Source: Nitrospirota bacterium (lineage in GTDB: Bacteria; Nitrospirota; JACRHJ01). Taken from it: a stretch of 44,960 bases of DNA. The position numbers and the translations under genes are program-made. The DNA is taken from NCBI GenBank assembly GCA_027328825.1, contig DAHWTK010000002.1, positions 1 through 44,960 of the forward strand. Direction: 5' to 3'. Every line of letters begins with the position of its first letter. Positions within the stretch are counted from its first letter, which is position 1. Shown one piece after another: positions 16,285 through 23,955 of the stretch. The notes under the pieces are model-generated. The model was not told the origin of the DNA and ran no database searches. It saw only the letters and a list, made by a program, of their open reading frames with translations.

Positions 16285-18585
16285 TTAAGTTAATTCGCTC
16301 TGAGCCAGATTGACCGAGCAGGTGCAGCGCGGGTGCGTGTCCTCCACGGGAACCGGGCAATCGTCGATGTCATAGTCGCCTTCGAGCGAGGCGCAGATCG
16401 AACAAGCGCCCGACGCCGGGGAAAAATGGACTCGCTTTATCTTTTCCGCCTTCCACTCGTCGCGCTTTCCCCGTTCCTGGGCGAGGCAGACCTCCGAGCG
16501 GACGAGCCGCTCCCAGTTCCCGTTCCATGCGCCGAACTGTTTCGCAAGGCCGGACGCAATCTCGCGCGGGTTCGCGCCCCGGAGCATACCAGTCTGGAGT
16601 GCGGGTTTTATCTCGTCCTGATAGAACCGTGTCGCGTCGTTCCTCACGAGGTCGAAGCCGTTATTCAAGAGCTTTTTGTAGACCTCCTCGTTGTGGAGGA
16701 GGTCGAGGACGGGAATCCCAACGCCGGACTCCTGCGCCGCCTGGAGGAAGCCAAGCGCGTGGGCCTGCCCGGTATAACTCGACACGGGGCCCTGTGTGGT
16801 CTGCGAGTCTGCGTTCATCTCGTCCGCGAACTGCCGTATGGCGTCCCGGACCTCCCGGAGGTCGGCGGCCGTGAACTCGAAACCCTTAAAAAGTCCCTGG
16901 GTTCCCGCTTTCGCGGGAATGACAAGATTAAGTATCCCGAAGACCTTCTCCTGAAGGCTTACCCAGAGAGCGGAAACGGAAGCGAGGCCCTGCTGGATAA
17001 TCGCCTCGGCCTGGGAGTCCTTGACCTTCGCCTCCTTGCAGACGTGATGCGTTTTGTCATTCCCGCGAAAGTGGGAATCCGGGGATTTAAAAGTCGCTGG
17101 GCCCCCGTTTTCACGGGGGTGACGGACGAACTTTACCGTCGTGAGTACCTTGCCGGTGGCGACATCCGTTTCCGTCTCGATCTCGGTATCGTTTTGGAGT
17201 TGCAGACTATTTGCGATCATCATGTCCGCCTGAGCGTTCAGGAACCGGGCCTGGGCCGCCTGTTGGATGTTATGCAGGTTCGGCGAGACAAGCGAGAGCA
17301 CGTAATCGCCTTTCTTCCATGTGCGGCCACGAGCGCGAAGCACATCGCGGGCGAGAAGATCGAGATGTGGAAGAATTACTGCTTTCCTTTGTTCGGCATC
17401 CTGCATCGCAAGGGCGGACTCCGGGTCGTCCACCGCACCCGCCTGACGGCCGGATGAGATGCCTGCCATCCACGGCTGAAGCCTTGCCTTGGCAAGTATC
17501 TGCTCGACGCATATCCTGTAGGACACCTCTTTTTGCGTGATAATTTTTCCGTCGCCGCCGATGACCTTTATGTCTAATACGCTGTCCTTGTCAAGGACGT
17601 TTATAAAGTCACCGGAAAGGCCATGCCGTTTTCTGTGCATCACCTCGTCGAAATCTTCACGTAAATCCTCGGCAAGTTTTTCCGCCTTTGTTTTGCCGTC
17701 GGCATCGGTGGAATCGAGATATTTTTCTGAACTCCGAAGCTGAACATTGTAGCTGGGGTCTCCGAACCGCTCGAAAATGTTCCGGTCCTGGTTAATTAGC
17801 GTTGCAAAAAGCTGCGCGACAAACTCCATCCCGGAAAGAAGGCTCTCGCCGTAAGGGTCCTGGTTGTTACCATGAAAGGAGAGGTACATCTTGTTCGTGA
17901 GATCGAGCGGGATTTCCATCGGCGCCCAGACGGGATAATATCCGAGCGACGACCATGTCCCGCTCAGGAGATGCGGATCTATAAGCTGGTGCGTACGATA
18001 CGTCGGGTCGTACAGGCCGAGCCGCGGCCAGGGCTTAGGCCGCATCGTCGCGTAGATATTGCCGAACTCGTCATTTTTAAAGAAAAGAAACTTGGAGTCG
18101 CCAATCCTAAGCTGCCGGATGTCTTTCCGGTCTTTCGTCCAGACCTTCTCGGCGAACGCGAAGCCCTGTTCGAATACCTCGTTCTGCCAATTATCGAGAA
18201 AGGCCTGTATGCCAACCTGAAAATCATTAACCTGCACAAAAGTGAAAAACTCGCGAAGCTCCTCCACAATTTTGTCGTTGCCGCCCGTGATTTGAAGTGT
18301 GCCGGTAAGACCTGCCAGAGTCCTGATTATCCCGCCGATAAGAGGTATCGCCTCGCGCATCACCTCGTAAAACTCAGGCGCGACCACGCGCGGGACATAA
18401 CCCTGGAACCACGTTGAGAACGGCCCCTGCGGTGCGGCCTGACGGAGCTGTGCGACGCTGACATTCGGTCTTGCGGGCGGCAAAGGCCACGTCGGGAACG
18501 CCGCCCGACCTGCGCCGGAACTTGCCCCGGACGGGTCTTTGGCATTCCGCAGGTCGAGCGCGTCTATAAGGGGATAACCGCTCAT
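16285..18585 (-). CDS. Portal protein fused to a MuF/SPP1-gp7-like head morphogenesis domain
   Basis: ATG 18585 overlaps the TerL stop (ATGA), with AAGGGGG RBS. The N-terminal ~480 aa are portal-like by size and position. The C-terminus ..VRSEV..FSPASGACSICASL..THPRCTCSV matches the MuF HPxCRC end. Confidence 0.7.
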   Translation of the reverse strand: MSGYPLIDALDLRNAKDPSGASSGAGRAAFPTWPLPPARPNVSVAQLRQAAPQGPFSTWFQGYVPRVVAPEFYEVMREAIPLIGGIIRTLAGLTGTLQITGGNDKIVEELREFFTFVQVNDFQVGIQAFLDNWQNEVFEQGFAFAEKVWTKDRKDIRQLRIGDSKFLFFKNDEFGNIYATMRPKPWPRLGLYDPTYRTHQLIDPHLLSGTWSSLGYYPVWAPMEIPLDLTNKMYLSFHGNNQDPYGESLLSGMEFVAQLFATLINQDRNIFERFGDPSYNVQLRSSEKYLDSTDADGKTKAEKLAEDLREDFDEVMHRKRHGLSGDFINVLDKDSVLDIKVIGGDGKIITQKEVSYRICVEQILAKARLQPWMAGISSGRQAGAVDDPESALAMQDAEQRKAVILPHLDLLARDVLRARGRTWKKGDYVLSLVSPNLHNIQQAAQARFLNAQADMMIANSLQLQNDTEIETETDVATGKVLTTVKFVRHPRENGGPATFKSPDSHFRGNDKTHHVCKEAKVKDSQAEAIIQQGLASVSALWVSLQEKVFGILNLVIPAKAGTQGLFKGFEFTAADLREVRDAIRQFADEMNADSQTTQGPVSSYTGQAHALGFLQAAQESGVGIPVLDLLHNEEVYKKLLNNGFDLVRNDATRFYQDEIKPALQTGMLRGANPREIASGLAKQFGAWNGNWERLVRSEVCLAQERGKRDEWKAEKIKRVHFSPASGACSICASLEGDYDIDDCPVPVEDTHPRCTCSVNLAQSELT
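16885..16923. repeat. Family-A repeat, in frame in portal/MuF linker (..VIPAKAGTQGLFKGF..)
   Basis: cttaaaaagtccctgggTTCCCGCtttcGCGGGAAtgac. Confidence 0.9.
17056..17123. repeat. Full-length family-A element (two hairpins), in frame in portal/MuF linker (..HPRENGGPATFKSPDSHFRGNDK..)
   Basis: gtcaTTCCCGCgaaagtGGGAAtccggggatttaaaagtcgctggGCCCCCGttttcaCGGGGGtgac. Confidence 0.9.
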
Positions 18586-20630
18586 ACGCGCCCCCTTATG
18601 TTGGCGCAAGATGCGAAAGCGCCGTGCGAAACCTCTTTCGTGCAGACGCGGGCGAGGATACGGAGCCGGTTCATGTCGATAAGGTGGTCGTTTTCCTTGC
18701 TGAAAATGCGGTGCTTGCCGCCGTTCCGTGCAGTGTGGTTCGGATACCAGAGCATGACATCCGGGTCGGGCGCGTACTCGCTTTCCAAGCTCTGCATCTT
18801 CTGGACGAGCAGGTCGGTCGCAAGCTCCTTATAGGTCTTTTTGATAGGCTTCCCGGTCTTGGCGTCCACGAGGGTCTCGCCATCCTCGTTTATCGCCTCG
18901 GTTACGCCCTCAAACTGGACGCCGAAAACGCGGTCTTCGTAATTCTTGCGCCCGTATTTTTCGCTGAAAAGGATATGCCCGACGGACGTCCCGGCGTTGC
19001 CGTAGTCGAGGCCCCAGGGCATCGTCCGTTTGGCGTTGTCGTAGAGGTCGTCCAGGGCGTCCAGGGCCTCCGCCTGCTGGTCGTATGTCACGTGCTCAAG
19101 GTGCAGCCTGGCGATCTCCCGCTCGCGCTTGCCGATAACCGTCGAGACGCCGATCTCGGTCGGGTCGTCCCAGTACCCGAAGTCCGCGCCGCCGTAATTC
19201 GCAAGCGGCGACGGGACGAAAAAGCTCTTGATGAGGCGCACAAACTCGGACTGGCTGCCTTCCGGCCTGGCGAAAAAGGCGTCTTTCGACGATGCCCGGG
19301 TAAGGATAATCTCCTCGTCGGGCGCGGGCATCCCGCCGTCCTGCGCCGGTTGATAGTTGTATGAATAGCCGGTGACGGAGACGTCGCCGTCCTCGGTAAC
19401 GATTACCTTGAGCGTCCGATACTCCGGGATGTCCCGCACGCAAGGCGCGAACTGGACGACCGGGAAAACGGTGTCCTCCGGGTCTCCGTGCTCGCCCAGG
19501 ACGTTATGGATGTACCCGCTTGAGTTCTCGCCGCCGTACTCCTTTATCGCCTTCTGTTTCCGGGCGTCGTCCCAGAACGGCGACGGCATGAGCGTCTTCG
19601 GCCAGTGGAACCGGACAAGCGAGAGGCCCAGGCGGTTGAAGTCGTCAAGCGAGGTTTTTGCGCCGTCGCCCTGTCCCCCGGAGGTAGAGAGGGACAGGGG
19701 CGGCGCGTCCGCTTCCGGAAAGGAGGTTACGGGAGTGGAATCGTTACCGCCCTCACCCGCTGCCCCTCTCCCGGAAGGAGAGGGGTTGAGGTCCGCGGTT
19801 TTGTTTTCGTAAAGAGGCGTCGTGACGCAGAGCCGGTAATATTCGGTCCCGCGGTCGCCGTCCGGGACGGAATAAAGGCGCGCGCGGCAACCGGGTTTAA
19901 GTGACCGCCAGAACTCCGTCCACGTCTTTTTGTTCTTGTCCTTCGCGCACTCGTCCTTTATCGCGAACGTTGTGGCATGAACACCGCGGTACGGGGCGCC
20001 GTCGAAGTCCGAGGGGCGGAAGTCCAGCCGGAAGCCATTCGAGAATAAAAACTGATGGTACGGCTGTTTCCTGTGCCGGACGAGAGTCTGAGCGAGAAGC
20101 GGGCTGGCGTTGAACTGTTCCTCGAAGGCGTCCACAATCTCCAGGAGATAAACCGAAAGCGGCGCGCCGATAAGGCCGGAGCCGCGCTTCGTCGTCTCGG
20201 CCTTCCAGAGGCTGTAGGCGATAATCTCACGCGTCTTGCCCACTTCCGCCCCGTCCTGGTGGATTATGTCGCCCTGGTAACGTATGGACGGCTTCTGGTA
20301 GTCGAAAAAGTTGTAAGGCTCCTCGAAGTCCGGGTCGGTCGGCTCCCGGAGGAACGACTGAGACCAGAGGACGGGGTCCTCGCAGATGCAGGCAAGCTGG
20401 AGCTCGCCCAGGTCCCTGAATCCGCCGGGCATCTCGCCGCGGGCGACCTGGTGCCAGGACCAGCCGAAACTTCGGAGGAAAGTATCGAAATGCTCCTCCG
20501 GCACCAGAACGGATTTTTGTAAATCCGAAAGATCGGAAAGAGGCGTTGCGATGTTGGCCCTGGCGTTCGCCGTAACGATGCCGATGCTCATGATTGCCGC
20601 CGTAAAAAGGAGGATGAGCGCACGCTTCAC
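18582..20630 (-). CDS. terL: Terminase large subunit
   Basis: 682 aa. Walker-A-like ..QDGAEVGKTREI.., Walker-B-like ..FAIKDECAK... GTG start overlapping the TerS stop (GTGA), GGGAGG RBS. Followed by the portal gene. Confidence 0.8.
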   Translation of the reverse strand: MKRALILLFTAAIMSIGIVTANARANIATPLSDLSDLQKSVLVPEEHFDTFLRSFGWSWHQVARGEMPGGFRDLGELQLACICEDPVLWSQSFLREPTDPDFEEPYNFFDYQKPSIRYQGDIIHQDGAEVGKTREIIAYSLWKAETTKRGSGLIGAPLSVYLLEIVDAFEEQFNASPLLAQTLVRHRKQPYHQFLFSNGFRLDFRPSDFDGAPYRGVHATTFAIKDECAKDKNKKTWTEFWRSLKPGCRARLYSVPDGDRGTEYYRLCVTTPLYENKTADLNPSPSGRGAAGEGGNDSTPVTSFPEADAPPLSLSTSGGQGDGAKTSLDDFNRLGLSLVRFHWPKTLMPSPFWDDARKQKAIKEYGGENSSGYIHNVLGEHGDPEDTVFPVVQFAPCVRDIPEYRTLKVIVTEDGDVSVTGYSYNYQPAQDGGMPAPDEEIILTRASSKDAFFARPEGSQSEFVRLIKSFFVPSPLANYGGADFGYWDDPTEIGVSTVIGKREREIARLHLEHVTYDQQAEALDALDDLYDNAKRTMPWGLDYGNAGTSVGHILFSEKYGRKNYEDRVFGVQFEGVTEAINEDGETLVDAKTGKPIKKTYKELATDLLVQKMQSLESEYAPDPDVMLWYPNHTARNGGKHRIFSKENDHLIDMNRLRILARVCTKEVSHGAFASCANIRGRV
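19667..19702. repeat. Family-B-like hairpin, in frame in TerL (..PPLSLSTSGGQGDG..)
   Basis: cgCCCTGTCCCccggaggtagagaGGGACAGGGgcg. Confidence 0.7.
19749..19791. repeat. Family-B palindromic repeat, in frame in TerL (..LNPSPSGRGAAGEGG..)
   Basis: gccctcacccgctgCCCCTCTCCcggaaGGAGAGGGGttgagg. Confidence 0.9.
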
Positions 20631-21442
20631 TTTGCCTCCCTTGCTCGCCTGGCCTTGTCAACGAGGCCGGAGAAGATGGAGGCTGCGGTCTCCGCCGCCT
20701 TTTCGTCCGTCTTGTTCTTGAGTACTTCGCGCTCCGTGAGGTTCCAGGCGGGCATCGTTATGCCGAACTCGGCCAGGAGGCGCGGGTAGACGTTCAGGAG
20801 CGGGTTCAGCTTCAGGGTCGTCCTTACGACTTTCCCGTTCTCGTCGAGTTCCTCCTCTTTCACCAGCGTGCCGTATTTCGCTATCTCCTCGCGCATCTGC
20901 CGGACTACGTCCTGGGCACCCGCCAGCTCGACGGCCATCATGTCCTTAATGCCTTCCGTGTCTCCGTCCAGGGCGGCGGAGAAGGCGTCCAGCATCTCTA
21001 TCAGGTGCGCGCGGTCAAGGCACTCGGCGCCGGGACGCGTGCCGCCCTCCTTTACCATCTCGCAGTCGGCGAACTGCGGGCAGGTGCTCTTACAGGGCTT
21101 GCCGAACTTCAAAAGAAAACTGGAGGCGTAGAGGCCGTACTTCACGGCGTTTTTGCGGGAGGACCGCTTGCCTTCGGCAGTCGTCGGGCCGGTCGAATTC
21201 TCGGCGGCGTTGCGGCGCTGTTCGAGGGCTTCCGGGGAAAGGGTGTACCGTCTGCGGGGGCGGAGCTTTTCGAGAGACGACGGGGCAGGGCGTGACGAAG
21301 ATTTCTCGTGGCGGTCGAGCTTTATCAGTTCGCCGGCGAGGTCGGTCTTGCCGTCAAGAATCTCTTGGCCGATCTTTCCCTTGTATGCCTTAAGGAGCTT
21401 CTCGGCGCTGACTCCCGAATCCGGCTTTTTGTCCTTGCCCAA
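20627..21442 (-). CDS. terS: Putative terminase small subunit
   Basis: 271 aa immediately upstream of, and coupled to, TerL. TTG start with GAGGG RBS. ..RKNAVKYGLYAS.. motif seen in small terminase-like proteins. Confidence 0.5.
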   Translation of the reverse strand: MGKDKKPDSGVSAEKLLKAYKGKIGQEILDGKTDLAGELIKLDRHEKSSSRPAPSSLEKLRPRRRYTLSPEALEQRRNAAENSTGPTTAEGKRSSRKNAVKYGLYASSFLLKFGKPCKSTCPQFADCEMVKEGGTRPGAECLDRAHLIEMLDAFSAALDGDTEGIKDMMAVELAGAQDVVRQMREEIAKYGTLVKEEELDENGKVVRTTLKLNPLLNVYPRLLAEFGITMPAWNLTEREVLKNKTDEKAAETAASIFSGLVDKARRAREAK

Positions 21443-21458
21443 TTAGCCCTCGCAGTAC

Positions 21459-21531
21459 TGGAGCGGGCGGAAGGAGTTGCACCTTCGCCTCCGGCCTGGT
21501 GGGACGGCGCTATACACTTAGCTACGCCCGC
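21459..21531 (-). ncRNA. tRNA-like element / degenerate tRNA ending in CCA
   Basis: The minus strand GCGGGCGTAGCTAAGTGTATAGCGCCGTCCCACCAGGCCGGAGGCGAAGGTGCAACTCCTTCCGCCCGCTCCA folds as follows:
- perfect 7-bp acceptor stem and U8
- 4-bp D stem
- 5-bp T stem with 7-nt loop
- 17-nt anticodon arm with one T:C mismatch
Atypical points: C33, no GG in the D loop, G55. Confidence 0.4.
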
Positions 21532-21573
21532 ATATTCAGTACTCCCTCTTGCTTGCTCGCAACTCGGAAAGGA

Positions 21574-21602
21574 TTTTTACAGCGACGGGAAAACCATATC
21601 AA
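21574..21602 (-). promoter_or_regulatory. Candidate late promoter
   Basis: Minus strand TTGATA-17 nt-TAAAAA, between the terminator at 21651 and the tRNA-like element. Confidence 0.25.
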
Positions 21603-21650
21603 GAATTCTGTCCGCTATGGGGCCGTTAGCGGAATATTTGAAGCTCGGCG

Positions 21651-21675
21651 AAAAAAGACCGGGAAACTCCCGGTC
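21651..21675 (-). terminator. Rho-independent terminator
   Basis: Minus strand GACCGGGA-gtt-TCCCGGTC followed by TTTTTT, about 50 nt after the stop of CDS 21725..22279. Confidence 0.6.
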
Positions 21676-21680
21676 ATAAG

Positions 21681-21716
21681 CCCTCACCCCCGCCCCTCTC
21701 CCGGAGGGCGAGGGGT
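21681..21716. repeat. Family-B palindromic repeat, intergenic
   Basis: ccctcacccccgCCCCTCTCCcggaggGCGAGGGGt. Confidence 0.9.
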
Positions 21717-21724
21717 AAAAGGTG

Positions 21725-22279
21725 TTATGCGCGGGCGGCGCGGTGGGAGTGTTTGCGGGAAAGGAAAAGCTCGCGCATGGCGGCTTGCTCGGCGGCCAGT
21801 TTCTCGCGCTTCGAGGCGAAGACCTGGGCGCGGAGAGAAGCAAAGACGGCGGTGGCGGATGGTTCACCCTCTCCCGGCCTTCGGCCACCCTCTCCCCTCG
21901 AAGGGCGAGGGTAATATTTGGCGTATTCCAAGGCGCGCCGACGGTACTCCGGGTCGCTCTGGTACTTGGCCTTCATCCGCTCACGCTGTCTTTGCGCCTG
22001 CTCGTTCCGGACGACATTGACGTAAGGGCAGCCGCCGCGCCCTTCATACGCGCAGGCCGGGAGACCACAACTCAGGCAGACCGCCGGATCCACCGGATAA
22101 AGGCCGAGTTCCAACTTCCACTCCCTGGCGCCCCCGTGTCTGCCGTGTTCGGTAGTCTTACTGTTCCAGTTATAACAGACATGGTCTCGATACTCTTGCC
22201 TGCTCATTCGGTTATCTGCCACATCCTCGAATGCCGTCCAGTCCACCTGCATCCTTTGCATCTCCGCCATCTGTACCAT
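21725..22279 (-). CDS. Cys-rich protein, candidate late-gene regulator (by position)
   Basis: 184 aa, ATG with AAGGGGG RBS. Has its own near-consensus promoter and terminator. ..CLSCGLPACAYEGRGGCPY.. Cys cluster. Confidence 0.5.
   Translation of the reverse strand: MVQMAEMQRMQVDWTAFEDVADNRMSRQEYRDHVCYNWNSKTTEHGRHGGAREWKLELGLYPVDPAVCLSCGLPACAYEGRGGCPYVNVVRNEQAQRQRERMKAKYQSDPEYRRRALEYAKYYPRPSRGEGGRRPGEGEPSATAVFASLRAQVFASKREKLAAEQAAMRELFLSRKHSHRAARA
21865..21912. repeat. Family-B repeat (double), in frame in CDS 21725..22279 (..PRPSRGEGGRRPGEGE..)
   Basis: caCCCTCTCCcggccttcggccaCCCTCTCCCctcgaaGGGCGAGGGt. Confidence 0.85.
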
Positions 22280-22300
22280 AACGCGCCCCCTTTTCTCGGT

Positions 22301-22327
22301 AAAAACCCAATAAAATCAATAGTTTAT
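22301..22327. repeat. Direct repeat 1 (operator candidate), in the 5' UTR of CDS 21725..22279
   Basis: aaaaaCCCAATAAAATCAATaGtTTAT. Second copy 65 bp away. Confidence 0.7.
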
Positions 22328-22333
22328 AATTTA

Positions 22334-22361
22334 AGTATACTTTTTTACCCGCGTTTGTCAA
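22334..22361 (-). promoter_or_regulatory. Sigma70-like promoter
   Basis: Minus strand TTGACA-16 nt-TATACT, flanked by the two 22-27 bp direct repeats. Confidence 0.5.
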
Positions 22362-22363
22362 GC

Positions 22364-22392
22364 AAAAAAATCCAATAAAATCAATGGGTTAT
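22364..22392. repeat. Direct repeat 2 (operator candidate), upstream of the -35
   Basis: aaaaaaaTCCAATAAAATCAATgGgTTAT. Confidence 0.7.
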
Positions 22393-22419
22393 GTTGTTTT
22401 TTTAGGAAATTTTTCGAGG

Positions 22420-22447
22420 CAAAAAAGAAGGGCGGTTTGGCCGCCCT
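22420..22447 (-). terminator. Rho-independent terminator after the early operon
   Basis: Minus strand AGGGCGG-ccaaa-CCGCCCT followed by TCTTTTTTG, 30 nt after the DUF488 stop. Confidence 0.6.
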
Positions 22448-22476
22448 CTTGGGTTTGCAAAAGGGATAATCGAGTC

Positions 22477-22863
22477 TTAAAGCTTGTCGGCGGGGATTTC
22501 TTTGCCGTCGAAAAGATGGATACAGACGACGCCATATTTCAGGAGCCGGACAGCGATGTCGTAATGGCGGTGGCATTTGGCTGGGTCTTTCTCGGCGCAC
22601 ATCAGGAGGATGGCCGCCGAGCGGTTAGCCAGGTCTTTGATGGATGATTCGGCAATCGGAGCCATTCCGCCGAGAGTGAGTCCCTGCCATCGGTAGCACC
22701 ACGCAAATTCCTTTTCAAGATAAGCCCGGTTGAAAATTACTCTGCGGCTTAAAGGTTTTGAGCGAACGTCAAAAAGAAGCTCTATACCTTTTTTCTCATC
22801 TTTAATAACAGTTTTAAGCTCGTCGATGCTCTTCATCCCGCCATAACCAATCGTGTAAATCAT
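22477..22863 (-). CDS. DUF488-family protein
   Basis: MIYTIGYGG..LLFDVRSKPLS.., ..LGG.., ..LLMCAEKDPAKCHRHY.. follow the DUF488 pattern. AAGGAGG RBS. Confidence 0.75.
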   Translation of the reverse strand: MIYTIGYGGMKSIDELKTVIKDEKKGIELLFDVRSKPLSRRVIFNRAYLEKEFAWCYRWQGLTLGGMAPIAESSIKDLANRSAAILLMCAEKDPAKCHRHYDIAVRLLKYGVVCIHLFDGKEIPADKL

Positions 22864-22871
22864 GAGCCTCC

Positions 22872-23078
22872 TTAAATTTTGATGTCAACCTTGCGTATGC
22901 GGAAGTAAATCTGCCATGCGGCAGGGTTTTCGCTGACCTTCTGTGTCTGGTATGGGAGCATCACGGCCTCGGTTATCGGGCCGTACGGGTGTACCAGGCC
23001 GTCCATCGTCTCCCTCGCCTCTTTCTCCGCGTCCGCTCTGTTCTCTTTGAATACAACAATACTGGTTTCTTCGGTCAT
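22872..23078 (-). CDS. Hypothetical protein
   Basis: 68-aa ORF with ATG and weak AGAGG RBS. Confidence 0.4.
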   Translation of the reverse strand: MTEETSIVVFKENRADAEKEARETMDGLVHPYGPITEAVMLPYQTQKVSENPAAWQIYFRIRKVDIKI

Positions 23079-23205
23079 GCTTTGCCTCTTGACTTTCCGG
23101 CCCGCGCTATGCTATTAAGACAACGGGCCAATGGGGTTAGTGAAAACTGCTCTGTGCCGGCCTGAGGGGCGTCCACTCTTCACGGGGGAGACGCCCCTTA
23201 AATTT

Positions 23206-23955
23206 TTACCTCCTTCCAGGATAAAGTTCGTCAAGTCTTCCGCGGGCCAGCTTAAATATCATGCCCCCCGCGGCGGCGTTATTCACGATAGCGTATTTCT
23301 CCTTCACGTCGGCGAACAGAGCGAAGGCCGGGTCATATGTATTACGGGACAGAATGTAGTTCTCGTCACCGGAGAAAACCAACTCAATGTCCTTGTAAAG
23401 CGCCTTGAGCATCTCAGCATCCTCCGGGAAAAATGCGAGGACGATGACCTTAAAATCCGGACGGGCCTCGGCGATGGACGTGAACTCTAATTTCTCAAGC
23501 TCCTTCAGCGTCTCGCTGTCGAGGCCCGCGTAAAGTTTCTGGTCGATGTCCTCAAGCTCCTCCCAAAGCGACTTCAGGATAACCATGTCGTCCTTGCCGA
23601 CGATCGCGTTATGCGAAAGCTGGATCGCGATTTTTTCGCCCCGAGTCATGCTCCGATCTACATACATGACCAGTATCTCTTCAAGACCGGCGGCTCGCGC
23701 GGCCATGACACGATGATTCCCGGAAAGCACCGAGAATACTCCCCCATCGTTATAGCAAAGCGGAACAGATGTCAGGCCGCCGTCGCGCTTTATGTTGCTC
23801 ATGAGTTGGTCGAACGTAGTCTTGTCCATGTAGCGCGCGTTTTTGTCAGAAAGTTTCAGCCGGGAGGGATCCAAAAGTGCGAGCTTGTACGGCTGACCCT
23901 GGGCCTCCAAGAGAGCGTTCAGCGAGTCTAAGGCTTGCAGTGCTTTTTCTTCCAT
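23206..23955 (-). CDS. ParB-like nuclease-domain protein
   Basis: ..SVPLCYNDGGVFSVLSGNHRVMAARAAGL.. is the ParB N-terminal domain signature. GGAGGTG RBS. Confidence 0.7.
   Translation of the reverse strand: MEEKALQALDSLNALLEAQGQPYKLALLDPSRLKLSDKNARYMDKTTFDQLMSNIKRDGGLTSVPLCYNDGGVFSVLSGNHRVMAARAAGLEEILVMYVDRSMTRGEKIAIQLSHNAIVGKDDMVILKSLWEELEDIDQKLYAGLDSETLKELEKLEFTSIAEARPDFKVIVLAFFPEDAEMLKALYKDIELVFSGDENYILSRNTYDPAFALFADVKEKYAIVNNAAAGGMIFKLARGRLDELYPGRR

Noticed and set aside
23163-23200. A 9-bp-stem hairpin (AGGGGCGTC...GACGCCCCT) downstream of the ParB-like gene, considered as a terminator.
   Set aside because: The T-tract is on the plus strand, while all flanking genes are transcribed on the minus strand. 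The 16-nt loop is large, so function is unclear.
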